Below, one piece after another: positions 26,878 through 40,250 of a stretch of DNA of 64,000 bases. Both the position numbers and the translations under genes were made by a program. Source of the stretch: Gnetum montanum (Eukaryota; Plantae; Gnetophyta); contig MNCI01000996.1 in the NCBI GenBank assembly GCA_015680685.1, forward strand, positions 63,371 through 127,370, in the 5' to 3' direction. The notes under the pieces are model-generated. The model searched no databases. It was not told the origin of the DNA and saw only the letters and a list, made by a program, of their open reading frames with translations. How positions within the stretch are numbered: the first letter of the stretch is position 1; each line of letters begins with the position of its first letter.

Positions 26878-29800
26878 GATATAGATGTAGAGAAAAATTT
26901 TGCACTTGTAAAAGCTAAGAAAAAATAAAGAGTTTTTGCATAAAATTGGAGTCCAAAGAAAGCCAAAAAATCCTAGAACATGATGGAATGCTTGAAGAGG
27001 GATAGAATATGCATAAAAAAGGAGATTTCATTTGGAGAACATTCATTAAGAAGTGCAAAACTAGATGTAATTAACGTGGATTGCAAAAAATTTGAAGGAA
27101 AAATGCCTAAGGGATGAGAAACCTAACCAGTCTAATTAAGAAGTGTGCAAGTGGATCCTCCCCATAGCAAGTGCATGTCCTTAAACCAAGGAGTCCATGG
27201 ACCCTATGGATGATTAATGATTATGATTAGTTAAGGACCAAATCACCAAAGAAACCATTAGAGAAATTTGATTGTATTAAACAAAGATACTAAAACAAAC
27301 ATGAGAAAGGTAGTGAGGTGAGTGATGGAGAGCATAGGTGGATGAGAGAGTGTGGCATGGAGTCTTGTATCATGGTTACATGAAATTCCCTATGGATTAT
27401 GTGGCTAATATGACATGGTAACCTCCATCCTTAGTCTGAATTAATACCAATGACTTTTAGTGACTTCACATTGACACCTCTAGACTAGTCCATGCCCCAA
27501 GGTGTAAGAATACCCTCACAGATCAATCACCATTCCAGAGAAAGAAGAAAAGAAAAGCAAGAACTGGGAAGGGCCTTAGTTAGAGGGGTGCCTTCAGGCA
27601 TGGGTAACATATCTCTCCAGCCCATAACCAATGCTTGTAGACTGTTATTATGTCTTAAGGGGTATGATTTCAATTCCCATTGTTATTTTTGTTTTTTCAT
27701 TATTTTATTTTTTTTAATTTTCTATTTTTGTTTTCAATGGAAGCCAAACCATGCAAAGACTTAGCTTCTTATTTATTAGTCACTATAGGAATGGAAAAGG
27801 ACTTGTGAAGATACAAATGAACCTTAGAAGGTAGGCATGTATAAAAAGTGTAAAATCTCCTTGAGGTCACATCCTTATCTATCCATTTAATCGATCCCAA
27901 GTTTGAAAACTACCAAGGTCACAAGTTCATTATAAGTTTCATTTAAGAAGGGACTTGATACTTCGAAAATAAGGGAACACCATAGAGTTTTGTGGATAGA
28001 TGGATGAAATAGATTCACTACCTATTAATCATGAAAAGAAACAATGTCTTAGTTATCAAAATCAAAATTCAAAGATAGAACCCAAACATTTGTAATCAAA
28101 TAGGATTATAAAGTATAAACCACCATCAATTAGTAGCTATAGCCACATCAAGTCCTGGTGGCAATAAAGAAAAAGAAGAAAAATTTAAGAAAAACACAAA
28201 TAAAATACAGTAAAATATGGAAAAAATTGTAAAATATTTAAAAGAATGAAAAATATATGAAGAATGATGTAAAACAAAAAATGAAAAAGCAGTTATTAGT
28301 TCTTGGTTCAAGATGTAGGATCTCCCCCATGACTAGGCTCAATACTAGAATAAGGACTAATAAGTGAGTTATATGTTTCCATGCATTTTGTGGATGGTTT
28401 AGCATTATTATTCTTGAGCCACTAGGGTTCTCTTAGTTTAGTGGCTACTGTTCAGATGTGGTCATGCATAGACATTTATTCCTTAAGTTTGTTATGGGTT
28501 GGTGTAGGGATCATGTTGATGCTTTGAGCATTCAACCAACACTTACACCCTTTATGTCTCTCCACAATAATAGGTTCATCTTTTACATTTTGTGCTAAAG
28601 TAGTGATAGTTGTTGGATTTTTTGTAGGATTGGAAGACATTGTATCTACAAGGAAGGGTGTTTTACCAAATTGGCCTTGTGCTGGTGTTGATGAGCTAGT
28701 AGGCCTCTAAGTTTTATTCACATGAGTGGGAACCATCCTAAAGAAAGGATGTTTCTGAGACTTTTGTGGAGACCTACTAACATTATTATTTGATTGTATG
28801 TTCATAACACAAGTTTCATTCTTCCATTGAGATTATGGTGCCAATCCTTCTTGCATTGTTGGTGGTGGCATATGATGAATGGAATTACAAAAGTAGTGAG
28901 GATGTAATGAAGGATTAGAGGTACAAGATAGTGATCCCATTGGAGATGTTGTGGGTTGATGATATTCAAAAGAGTGGTAGTAGTAATTTGAGGTAGAGGA
29001 AGTAGAACTAGTTGGAGAAACAAATTGTTGAACATAGTAGCCATGAGGGTTTGGTTGGTAATAAGGGTACTACTAATATGTTGATGGCCTCCCCCACAAC
29101 TATGGGCTTTTCCACTATTGTTGATAGTAGTGTTGAGGCTAATAGGAGGTCCCACTAGGATAGTACAATTAACTGTAATATTGTCTATAATTTCCTTGTG
29201 GATAGAGTAATCTCCTAGGATTTTTCTTCTATATGAAATTAGGGTTCAAAGAAAAAGCTTTAAAATCTAGTAGATGTAATAAAATTGAGCAATAGTCATT
29301 TGGATGATCATATTAGCAGATGTTACATCCATCATCCTCTTTTGTATTTGAGTCTATAACCTCTTCTACTACAACCATTTTTCCTTTTTTCTGATAAGTA
29401 TTTCTATCCATTTCATTTTTCTTTTTCCTCTTCTTGTTTTAATCACTTGATTCTTTTTGCACTGCCTTCTCTTCTATGGTTTCCAAGTTGGTTGTAACTT
29501 TTTCATTCATCAACTCCCACATCTTATTGAACCTTTCTTTAATATTAGTAATAGCCTTTTGTATTGGCAAGGTTTTTTGTGAGATCAACTCATTGAGAGC
29601 TTTATCTTTTTCCTTATCATACATATGGACCTCTCTTGTTTGAAGAGTTGGATCCTACTCATATTCCTCAAAACTTCCTTTTACATATCTCTCCTTCTTC
29701 TTTTGGCACCTATTCAACTAGCCTTTGTATCTGATGGGATTTCAATTTGAATAATCGACCTTGGGCATAAGTCCCAAGGGTGACCCTCATTTGCATATGA

Positions 29801-31714
29801 AGTCCATTTATGATGTGGAAAAGCTAATCTTTTTGAGAGAAATCATGGCTTGTTTTTCTTACTTTCATCCTTAGATTTGTTTTCTCAGGTTGGAAACTAT
29901 CACATAGGTTTGGTATTTCTTGTTAATGAGTTCTAGCATTATGGACCACTGGTGGATTAAACTCAGTTCCAACAATCTATACCTACTTTTAGCTTCATCT
30001 ATTAGTGTCGTAGGAAAGAGTTTAAGATTTTGCTACTTGTGTTTAATGTTTTGCAATGCATAGGCATCATGGATGCTTGTAAATGATGTTGTGGATTAGA
30101 ATTTTAGTTTCCTTTAAATTTAGAAATGTTGTTCATATTTAGCTAATTGATGTAGTTGTCCCTTTGATGCCTTTGGTATATTTGAACTACCTCCCTAATC
30201 TGTGTCATGTCACTGGTAGCCAACTAGGGTTCATCAGTATCAGACATGTCATGGTGATAATCTCTATTTCTTATTTATATTATGATGATGAACTTGCCTA
30301 TGCTCACTTTGTTGTCTTTGATCTTGCCCTTGGGTTTGATTTCTATCTCCATATTGACCCTTTAGTAGAGCTCTATCTCTACACCTACATTCATCTTCAT
30401 CAGAACTAGACATTAAAGAGGAAGAGGAAGATGGGGAACTAGGAGAATCACCATGGCTCCTATATCTTCCACCATGGTCTCTTGATCTATCTTTTCTAGG
30501 TTTAGAGGAGGTCCTAGGCCTTGAGGTTCTCCTTATTCTAGCACTTGCTTCATCTCCTCTAGGGTTTTCTTTACCAGTTGAACATAGTATTTGCATGTAG
30601 TACAAGTCAAAATGAACATATGAAATCCTTGCTTGAGGTTGTTCACTCCAATCCTCTTTAGTATAGAACGTACCATTTCTCCTATGAGTGTTTTCATCAT
30701 ATGATGCATTACTAGTACTATTTGAAGAAGACATGTTTTTAATGTTTGTGAATTAAATTATTAATATTTTCTAAAAGATAAATATTTAATACTTTTACAA
30801 CAATCATTTATGATATAACCAATCTAGATAACTAGCACCATTCTTAACAATAGTGCCAATGATGAATAATGGGTACCCCTTATGCCCAACCATATGAATT
30901 ACAAGCATTCACATGCAATCTAGCCAAATTCTATGGATGGAACTAGTTGTTACATCTAGATTGTTAAGCATTGTTTGTAGGACATTATCTTTCCACTTGG
31001 ACTAGTGGTAGCTTTGTTACATATGATTTAGTCCAAAGTAAGGCATATGATTGTTGATGTTGTTGTGGCCTTAAACTAATCTTACCAATAATAGAGAAAT
31101 TAATTACTTAATGTGATTAACAACAAGAAGATAAAGTCTAAACTAGCCTAAGGGTGATGAGTGTCCATTCCCAACTTTCCGTACATGTCCTAAAATTATG
31201 TATCCATTATTGGAATACCCAGTATTATGCTACTGGGAAAACCAAGCAATAACATTGTTGGGATTACCAAGCAAATATGTGTTTACACTCAAAACTGGTT
31301 GCACTCATTTCATCAATTGATTAACATGCATGAAATGTAAATATTGACCAAGTGCATGGGAAGTAAAGTGCATTGAAAATAAGTATAATCTCTTCCAAGT
31401 GTTAAAAGGTCTATCAAGAAGTTTGTCTTTATTACCATTCACACCAAAGTGTCCAAGTACATTAGTATTCGAATAGAGATCTGTAGACTTCTCAACTCCT
31501 ACCATGTGCACTTAAAAAATATTTTGACTATTACAGGAATGAACTACAAGAACTTTGCTATGGTTCTAAATGAACAATTTGTTAAATGTGGTAGGTACAT
31601 GCATTTATATAGACAAGGCTAGACACTTCATCGACATGTATGCATTGATGCATCAAATCATGCATCAATAGGTATGCATCAACACAACCCAACCAATAAT
31701 GATTCTTCAATAAT

Positions 31715-32200
31715 AATAAATCATGGACTTTTCATAGTGATAGAAAAGTCACCCTTATTATCCTCACTATGAATTACTAGAAAATCAATAGGATAGGATC
31801 ATCCATTAATAGTGATCAAATGATCTTCAACCTATCTCAAAGATAATATAACTAATTAATCTACCAACTCTAACTTAAGATCACTTATCTTTAGTGAGGT
31901 AAGTTTTAGGCTTGGTACATCTTCTTTAAGTTAAGATTTAGTTCTTAACCTAAAACTATTATGACTTTGCATGATGAATTTCCTCAAGTTTGCAACTAAA
32001 AAAGTGAGTTGTTAGGATCTTTTCTTTTCAAAGAAATATATCTTACTTTAATCCAACTTGTAACTGGTTGAGTAAACATGACTATCCTAATAGAATTTTA
32101 TGATTTTTTCTATTCTATTGATTATTGTTCTGGTAGATAAGAAGGTACATTTATTGCATTTTATGCCACTAGTTATTAAATTTCTAATGAATTAGATGGA
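31715..32200 (-). pseudogene. Protease-region remnant of the old Athila-like host element (other pieces at ~23880-24206 and ~55665-56250)
   Basis: LKLELVD..VEDHLITING*SYPIDFLVI matches the PR regions at 6180-6290 and 61683-61800. The flanking pieces match the post-PR linker (6540-6680) and the gag C-terminus (29090, 62454). Confidence 0.7.
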
Positions 32201-34481
32201 TGAATAGTGTAGCACCTAAAACATTTGGTGTTGAAACCCCAAAAAATTTAGAGTGGAATAGTTTTAATCTTAGATCCATGGACCTTGCAAAAAAGGATTC
32301 AAAGTGCCTTGGATGGTCTTGTTGACTACCTAGGGAGTTAAAGATTAATAACTGATGTATTAATAAAAATAAAAAAATGTATGCAATAGTGGTTTAAGCA
32401 TTAGATCCAATGAGTGAGAATAGAGAAATGAACAATGAATGTAGAAAAATAAAGAAAGATACAAATTTGTATTAATGCACTATAAAACAAAGGTTTAGGA
32501 AATACATATTGTGGGTTATAAAACTTGAGAACATGATAATATTTTTGATGCTTGATGTAGATAGCAGGGTGTATTCTAGCATGAAGTCTACACTTGTTCT
32601 TCTTCAATCAATCCACTCTCAAACTTTATTTGTTACAAGTTTTCTCTACTCTAGATGATTAGTGTTAGGGGATAAAATTGTTGCTAACTCTTGGGTATCT
32701 ACACTTCTCAAAAAGTCTCAAGTTAGCCTTGAATGAAAATTTTGTCAAAAGTCCTTTCAATGAAGCAAATTATTGTTTAAATAACTATTGGATCTTAATT
32801 TGTGGTTGAAAATTTTTTCCATGATTACTAATAGATTTTTGGCAAATTTTGGTGTGTTCAGGGCATCTTTTAGTAGCATATGAAGAAGTTTAGCTAATTT
32901 TTTTACCTTTACATGCTACCTCCACATACTACCGAATGTGTGGGATTTAGATGCCTAGTGTGTGGGCTTAAAGCCCAAATCCTATATGTTATCTTTGCGT
33001 ATTGTCTAATGTGTAGAACTGAAATGCTTAGCATGTGAGGTGAAAATACCAAATTTTGTAGCCTACAAAGAATTTTCAACCCTCAAAAACTAGGATACAT
33101 AGAATTTGCAGCTTTCACAAGTTGGAAGATAAGGAATTTACAGCTTATGAAGCATTTTCTTAGCCTCCCCAAGATGGGATGTATAAGGTCTACAACGTGT
33201 GAGCTACAAGTGTCAATTTTTACATTGAAAACTACTCTAAATTTCATTCATACAAGATCATAATTTTGGATTTTTTGGGTTTCCACTAAATTACAAAGAA
33301 TTTTAGTCATGGGCAATAACATGACTTTTTCTTTGGGGTGTTTCATGAGTCCCTCTTTGTTGATGTTTTAAGAATTGATCCACAAGACATCAACAAAGAA
33401 TGTGAAACACTACTACAAGTTTCATCATCAATGCTTTTTCTTCATGTTTGATTCGATTGCTATGAAACCATTCGAAAGATTTCCTATGATGATGAAACGA
33501 GGTCATGATGAAGTATTACGATTTTGAGAAGAGATAAAGGCTTTATGGGCTATCAAAGTTAGTCATATGGGTTAACATAGAATTTCGAATATTGAAATCA
33601 TGATTATGGTATGGTAGTGACATGTGAACTAGCTACATAGATCTTCATGCTTTGGGCGAACTACTAGCTACTCAATAATGTGTTAGATGAACTAGCACTC
33701 CACTCTTGGGCTTCTTTGACCACAAGAATCTTTCTTTTGCTTGTTTTAGGCCATTGATTCAGCTTTAGGCTTCATTGGCCTCTTGGATTTCTTGGAAATT
33801 TGCTTCCCTTCCTTTTTTTTCTTTTTCTTAGATGAATGAAACCTTCATTGGGTTTCATTACCAAGGTCAAATTTTGTTTTGTTTTCTCATTGAATAAGAT
33901 GTGTTTCATCTAATGAACTTGATGTCAAAGCATGTTGAAGGAGATGGCATAGGCCCATGATGCATAAATGTAAAAAATAGGTTTTCATTGTTATTAGGAT
34001 AAGGAAAATTGTAATTTGATTATGGGGATATGATTTCAAGAGGGGTAATCAAAGTGGTGTAATGCACACACTTTTAGCAAATTTGGATAGGCTAACTAAA
34101 TCTTGTGCATCAAGGTTGTGTGGTAACTCACTACTACGATGAGTTGCATCCTTGCAATGAATTTAGGCTTTATTCTATAAGCACAACTCCAAGAGGATAA
34201 GAAAATAAGTCAAAAAATACATGTGCATATAAAAGATTGCATAAGATCGCATGAGGAAATAGTTAGAATATAGACCATCCATTACAATTGATACAACATG
34301 AGAAATGTATATTTTGTTTCATAGATTTATACAAGTTTGTAGTTTATTTATTATGCCAAAGAAAGTAAGAACTAGAGGTTTCATAGGCTCACTTGTTGTA
34401 GATTGTAAAGGAAATTAGTGTCCATCATTTGTTCATACCTATAAATAAAAGTAAACAAAGGCCTTGAGAAAATAGGTTAGT

Positions 34482-37400
34482 GTTAGATATAATAAGATTT
34501 AAGATAGGAATGATTAATCAGATTGGCTAATTCATTCCCATCTATGTCTGCTAGTCTAAATGCTCTCTTGTAATAAGCTTTGGTAACCAAGAAAGGTCCC
34601 TCCCAATTGTCTGAGAACTTTTTTGCATGTTCATGAATGGTTTTAAGAACAAGGTCTACTTCCTTGGCTTTTCTTCTATTTGGATCATGATGATGTTGTT
34701 GCTTTAGCCTCTCTTGATATTATTTGATGTGAACTAGTGTCTATATTTGCTACTCTTCCACCAAGTCAAGGTCAATGGTATGTAGCTCCTTATTCTATTA
34801 ATCATTGATGAAGTTAGATAGAGCTAACCTTAGTGGTGGAACCTATAATTCAAGAGGAAAAAAAAACTTTAGACCTATAAAAAAGACTATCCATGGTGAC
34901 ATTGGTCATAGTTTGAACAGTTGTTCTATAGGGCTAAAGTACAAGCATAAGCCACTCATGCCACTTATGTCTACTATTGTTTAGCATATTTTTGAGTAGA
35001 TTTATGGTGACCTTATTATTGGCTTTGGCTTGTCCATTGGATTGAGGATAATATGCTAAAGAAAAGGAATTCTCGATGCTTACTTGTTGACAAAAAGTTT
35101 ATGTTTCTTGGCTACTAAACTATGGTCCATTGTGTATGACTATAGTTAAGGGTGTGCCAAAATGGGATACTATATTATCTAATATGAATTTATAGACTTA
35201 TTGAGATGTCATTTTCCTTAGAGGAATATCTTACAATAACTTTGTAAAATATTAGGTTATGATAATGATGAAGCTATGTTCTACAAAAGATTTAGGTGTT
35301 ATAGATCCAACAATATCAATTTCTCATTATTGAAATGGCCACATGTATTTAACTAGTATGAAACTTAGTTGGTGACACACATATTAAGTTATTGTAATAT
35401 TGACAAGTATCACAAGTTTTAACCTTCTTCAAGTAGTCACTTTCCATATAGGGCCAATAGTATCCTAATCATCTAATCTTTAGAACCATAGCTCTAGGTC
35501 CTATATGTCCTCCACATACACCCTCGTGTAGTTGCTCAAGGATTGTGCAAGCTTTTATTTGCCCAAGCACATCAACAATATGCCATCATAGGATCTTTGA
35601 CATAGTGTGTTATTGGCTAAAATGACATTTTTTTTATCTTTTACATACAACATCCTTTTGAAAGGTAGTTAGGTTCTATGAAAAATCACCATGAATTAGA
35701 TAAAACTTGATATTTTCATATAATTTTTTAAGGGACATCATCAATGGTGGCTCTATATATGCCCTCAGTGTTCTATGTGATGGGAAGAGCATAGTTTTCT
35801 CTCAAGAAGGGTAACTCACTAAACACATCCATTGTTATGCTTAGGGTCAAGGTTGTAATGGTGTTAACTAAGGTATTCTTGGTTCAAGGTATGTATTAAA
35901 TGTCAACATTTGTGAATTGTTCCATGAAGTTCTCTACTAGGTCACAATAAGATTGTAAATTTTTGGCTTTGCATGTGTAAAATTAGTTAATTTTTTAACC
36001 ACTAGTTGTGAATCACTTGTTATCATCAAACATTTGATTCTTTGTTACATTATTCCTTCGATCAAACCTTCATATTCCACAACGTTGTTGTACATGAAAA
36101 TTGAAAATGATAACTAAAAGATTGGATTGCACTAGAGGATGATATTATGATGGTAGCAACATTGACCCCATGGGTAGTAGAAGCTCCATCAAAGTGCATG
36201 ATTGTCTCATAATTCTTAGGTACCTCATTGATAATGTTGACAGACATGTCAAGGAAGTTGGGATCAACAAGTGTATTATCTTCAATTGGGGAAGTTGTAA
36301 GTTGTGCAGTTATAGCTTGACCTTTCATTGAGGCTTGGGAGAATGTAATGCAAGTCAAACTTAGCCATTATGACCTTCCATCATACTATATGATTACGTT
36401 TATAAGTCTTGGTAATTATGGCTCTCAGTATGTTATCCTTGCATATGACATTCACTTGGCACGTAAAGAGGTAGTTTCTCCACTTCTTCAAGTACAAGAT
36501 TAGGGCTAGGAAATACTTCTTAGCCTTTGTGGATTAGGTCTTGTAAGCCATCAATGAATGGCTCAAGTAGTGTACAGGAATTTTTGGTTGATCATTTTTT
36601 TTTAACAAAGCAGAGAGTCTATCAACATGTTAGAGATTACAAGGTAGATCTGAACAGTTTATCCTTTTGAGGAGAATACACCATGAGTAATTGGGTCAAT
36701 TCTTGTTTAAGATTATTAAAGGATACTTCTTAGGATTGGGTAGTCCCCTCATAGTGAACTCCCTTCTTAAGTAGGTGTTTCATGGGTTGTAGCTTATCTA
36801 TAAGCCTTGAGATGATCCTATGAATAAATTGTAATCTACCTTGTATTCTTGTTAACTCCTTAAGGTTAGTAGGTACTACAAAGTTGGTTATGGCCTTAAA
36901 CTTATCAAGATTGACAAGTATCCTAGCCTTGGATACTACAAAACCAAGAATACTAGTAGTTTTAATGTTGAAGACATACTTCTTAGGATTGAGCCTAAGA
37001 TCATACTTTAGGCATTGTTGGAGTACTAAGTTGAGGTCATGTGCATGGTAATTAGCTACTTGGGACTTGATTGCTATGTCATCAACATCATTGTTAAGTA
37101 ACCTTACCATGTAGTCACTAAATATGTAGTTCATGGCTCATTCATAGGTTGCACCTATATTCTTTAAACCAAATGACATTATGATATAACAAATAATTTT
37201 TCAATGGGTCATGAAGGTCATATAGAGTTGATGTTCTGGATTGATCCTAACTTGGTTGTACCCTAAGAACCTATCCATAAAGGATAATAAGACATGTTCA
37301 ACCATGGTATCGATAAGTTGATTGATGCTAGGCAATGAAAAATCATCTTTAATGATAACCTTATTAAGGTCTCTAGAATCTATATAGATATGAATGCTTC

Positions 37401-37960
37401 CATTCTTCTTGGGAGCTATTAGTATGTTAGACATCGATTCAATGTAGACACCAACATGTATGAAAGTAGCTTAATAAAGTTTCATGATCTCATCACGAAT
37501 TGCCAAGGCTAGATTTGGTCTAATTTTAGCCACATTTTAAAATGGGTTTGATGCTAGTATTGAGTATGATGTTATGTTGTATTAATCATGGGTCTAGAGT
37601 TAGCATATCCTCATGTGACCAATCAAAGGCCTTAATGTTGTTTTGAAGGACCTTGGTGATGTCTTGAGCTTCTTGTGAGTTGAGTGAGGAACTTAGTTTT
37701 AGCATTTTCTCCTCACCATTATGTGTTGTGATGAGAAGTTCAGCTAAAGATTCCTCAATAATGTCACCAGCCTCAAGGTCAAGGGCTTTGACTATGTGTT
37801 CAAGCCACTCAAAAGATTTTTCTATAAAGGCTATGTGGTCAAACAGGCTCTTAGGCTTAAGATTAAGGTAATTAAGATCAATGGATTACTCAACATCATC
37901 TTAAGATCCATTAAGGCTTAAAGGTAAGCTAAATTGTATCCATGTATTCATATTCTAGTC
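34482..37960 (-). pseudogene. pol: Ogre/Tat pol: RT, RNase H, additional (archaeal-type) RNase H, integrase
   Basis: RT PKKNGSIHIYIDSRDLNK..DDFSLPSI..FMDRFLGYNQV, VDDIAIKS, LRLNPKK; aRH MHFDGAS (~36190); INT WPFQ**EIDIVG, YYPQSNGQA, KFSDNWEGPFLV; ends NHSYLKSYYI*. Confidence 0.92.
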
Positions 37961-38299
37961 CTACACATTAATAAAGTGCATTAAGTGGCATCTGCATGAC
38001 ATAATTCACTAAATAATGCCATTTGACATAATAATAGAATACCATTTGACTCAACTATATCAAAAAAGGTGAAACAAGGTCCAATGATGATTAAAAATAG
38101 GTAAAAAAGGGTCAAAGATGCTAGAATACGATTGAATATGGTTGCATGTTGCCAGTTTTAGGTCTTAGTAGGCTATGGTGTTGCTAGTTTTAGTCCTTAA
38201 CAGACCATGTTTGGGGCTTGTTTGACTTACTTTGATTACTTGTAAGCTTGGAAGGGTCATTGTAGGACTTGTTAGAGTTTCTTAGACTAAAAATTATCA

Positions 38300-40250
38300 A
38301 GTTTGAATTGACTTTTTGCATGCAAAACCTTCATACATAGAGCCCACATGCTAGCCAACATGTGGGACTGGTATCCTAGCATGTGGAGTTTGGCCATGAA
38401 GTTTCCAGGAGATTTTGACTTAGTGTTTTGGAATTCTTGGGATCTTATGGTAGCTTCCAACATATGTAGAAGGGTTTAGACATCTTGTACGATAGGTTTT
38501 CGAGTCACAAGATTTTATATGGGTCATATGTTAGCCCACATGTTGGCTAGCATGTGGCACTTGGGTTACCAGTGTATAGGATTGAAATTTTGATTTAGGG
38601 GTCTTCTTTGAATTTTTTCTTATTATTGTAGGCTTTTGATGTCAATGTAGTGGCTTAGGGAATGATATGAGTTGGTTTTGGCACTAGTTTGAGCTCCTAG
38701 AAGGTCTTAAAAGTCCTCACATCTTGGACCACATGCTAGCTAGTGTGTGGGAGTATGGTCCCAACATGTAGGAGTCTAAAATTTGATTAATGAAGTCCTT
38801 AGAATTAGCTCTTTTGTTATATAAGTACTTTATGGTAGCACATAACTATTGGTATAAAAAATGACTATTTTAAATCCAAAATAAGTTAACTAATGGCCAT
38901 CTTAAAGCTCACACATTAGCCCACATGTTGGCCAATGTGTGCAACCTAGAGGCTTAGTGTGTGAGTACCAAAATCCATCTTTTCTTTTCTCAAACATAGT
39001 TAAATGATAGTCTAAATTCCCATTTAAGGTTTTGAAGTTCTACCAACCAAATTCTTAAAAATATTTAGAGTTGAAAGCTTTTTAAAGCCCTCCACACACT
39101 ATCCCATAGATTAACTAGCATGTAAAGTTTAGCTATCGAGTGTGTGAACTAAGACTTGACTAATTTAGATTCATTCAACCTAGTTTTCTAGTCCTTGGAG
39201 TCACTTGTGTTTGGAGATTTGTATGATGTTTCTTAAACATTCTAGATTGGAATGAATGTTATTTATAGTCCATACACTGGCTAGTATGTGGCACATCCTT
39301 CCAGTGTATGAAGTTAAGATTTTAGTTTATAAGGTCTTTTTGATTAGCCTTTTTGTTATCTTAGGCTCTTAAGTTAGTGTATAAGTTTCATCATTTTAAA
39401 ATAGCTCTCTTTGGCATTCTAGGGAGGTAAAGAAAAATTTTCATAAAGCTTATACACTTTCAACATGCTGGCTAGTGTATGGGCTTCATCTGCTTAGCAT
39501 ATAAGGCTTAAATTCATGTTTTAGAGGCTAAAAATTGGTTAAAGTTTAGGTCATCTTCTACCTTAGGCCTTTGAGCTTTTACCAATCAATTTTTAAGTTA
39601 TTTTGAGCCAAGGAAACTGGTCAAAAGCCCCCCACACACTGGCCAACATGTGGGCTTTGTGTTCCTAGTGTGTGGGCTAAGGATTGATGAATCTTAACCC
39701 TTTTTGACTTGTCTTTTTGGAGCTCTAGGATTACCAATGCCTTCAACTAGGGTTTAAGGCTGGAATTATCAAATTCGAAGGTTGTTTAAGGCTACACATA
39801 AATGTTTTGAATCCTACACACTGTCCCACATGTTGGTCAATGTGTGAGACTAATGTACCCAATGTATGAGGTTCTCATAAAATTTTCTTTGTATCTAGGA
39901 GCTCTTGTGGTAGTGCTTAGGGTTTTGATGTGACATGAAACTCTGTTGATCATCTGAAGCCAAGATTAAAGTGTGGGTGTCTCCTAGGAAAACTATTAAA
40001 GCCTTGTAAATTGCCATATAATTTGCATGACCTAGTGGGCATGATCCCCAACATATTGTTGTGTTTTGGCATCAAACCCCAACATTTGGGATTTTTTATA
40101 ATATTATTTTGCCCACCTAAGGTTAAAATAATTCATAGGGCATAACCTTAAGTAAACCTAGCATATAGGGTATTTCCTTTTGTAGATGTCTAGTTCACTA
40201 TATGTTAGGCAAGTTTCTAGCATACTGGGCCTCCATCCTCAATGCATAAG
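38300..40250. repeat. ~190-bp-period array of a palindrome (consensus CCCACAYRCTGGCCAGYRTGTGGG)
   Basis: Cores near 38343, 38534, 38729, 38919, 39092, 39270, 39460, 39631 and 39825. Related motifs occur in both LTRs (~32922, ~55211). Confidence 0.85.

Larger units (their letters stand above)
24212..31709 (-). mobile_element. Complete pol-less Athila-like element, ~7.5 kb
   Basis: LTRs 24212-25076 and 30860-31709, TSD ATAGT/ATAAT, PBS TGGCACTATTGTTAAGAA (30841-30858; a transition-decayed tRNA-Asp-type TGGCGCCGTTGCCGGGGA), PPT at 25077-25089, gag remnant ~28600-30734. No RT or INT motifs seen. Confidence 0.9.

Noticed and set aside
26498-26966. Four long ORFs in the track
   Set aside because: They run through the N gap and are artefacts.
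38300-40250. CRISPR-like repeat-spacer array
   Set aside because: Eukaryotic TE context, degenerate repeats, ~165 bp spacers that resemble each other, and no cas genes.
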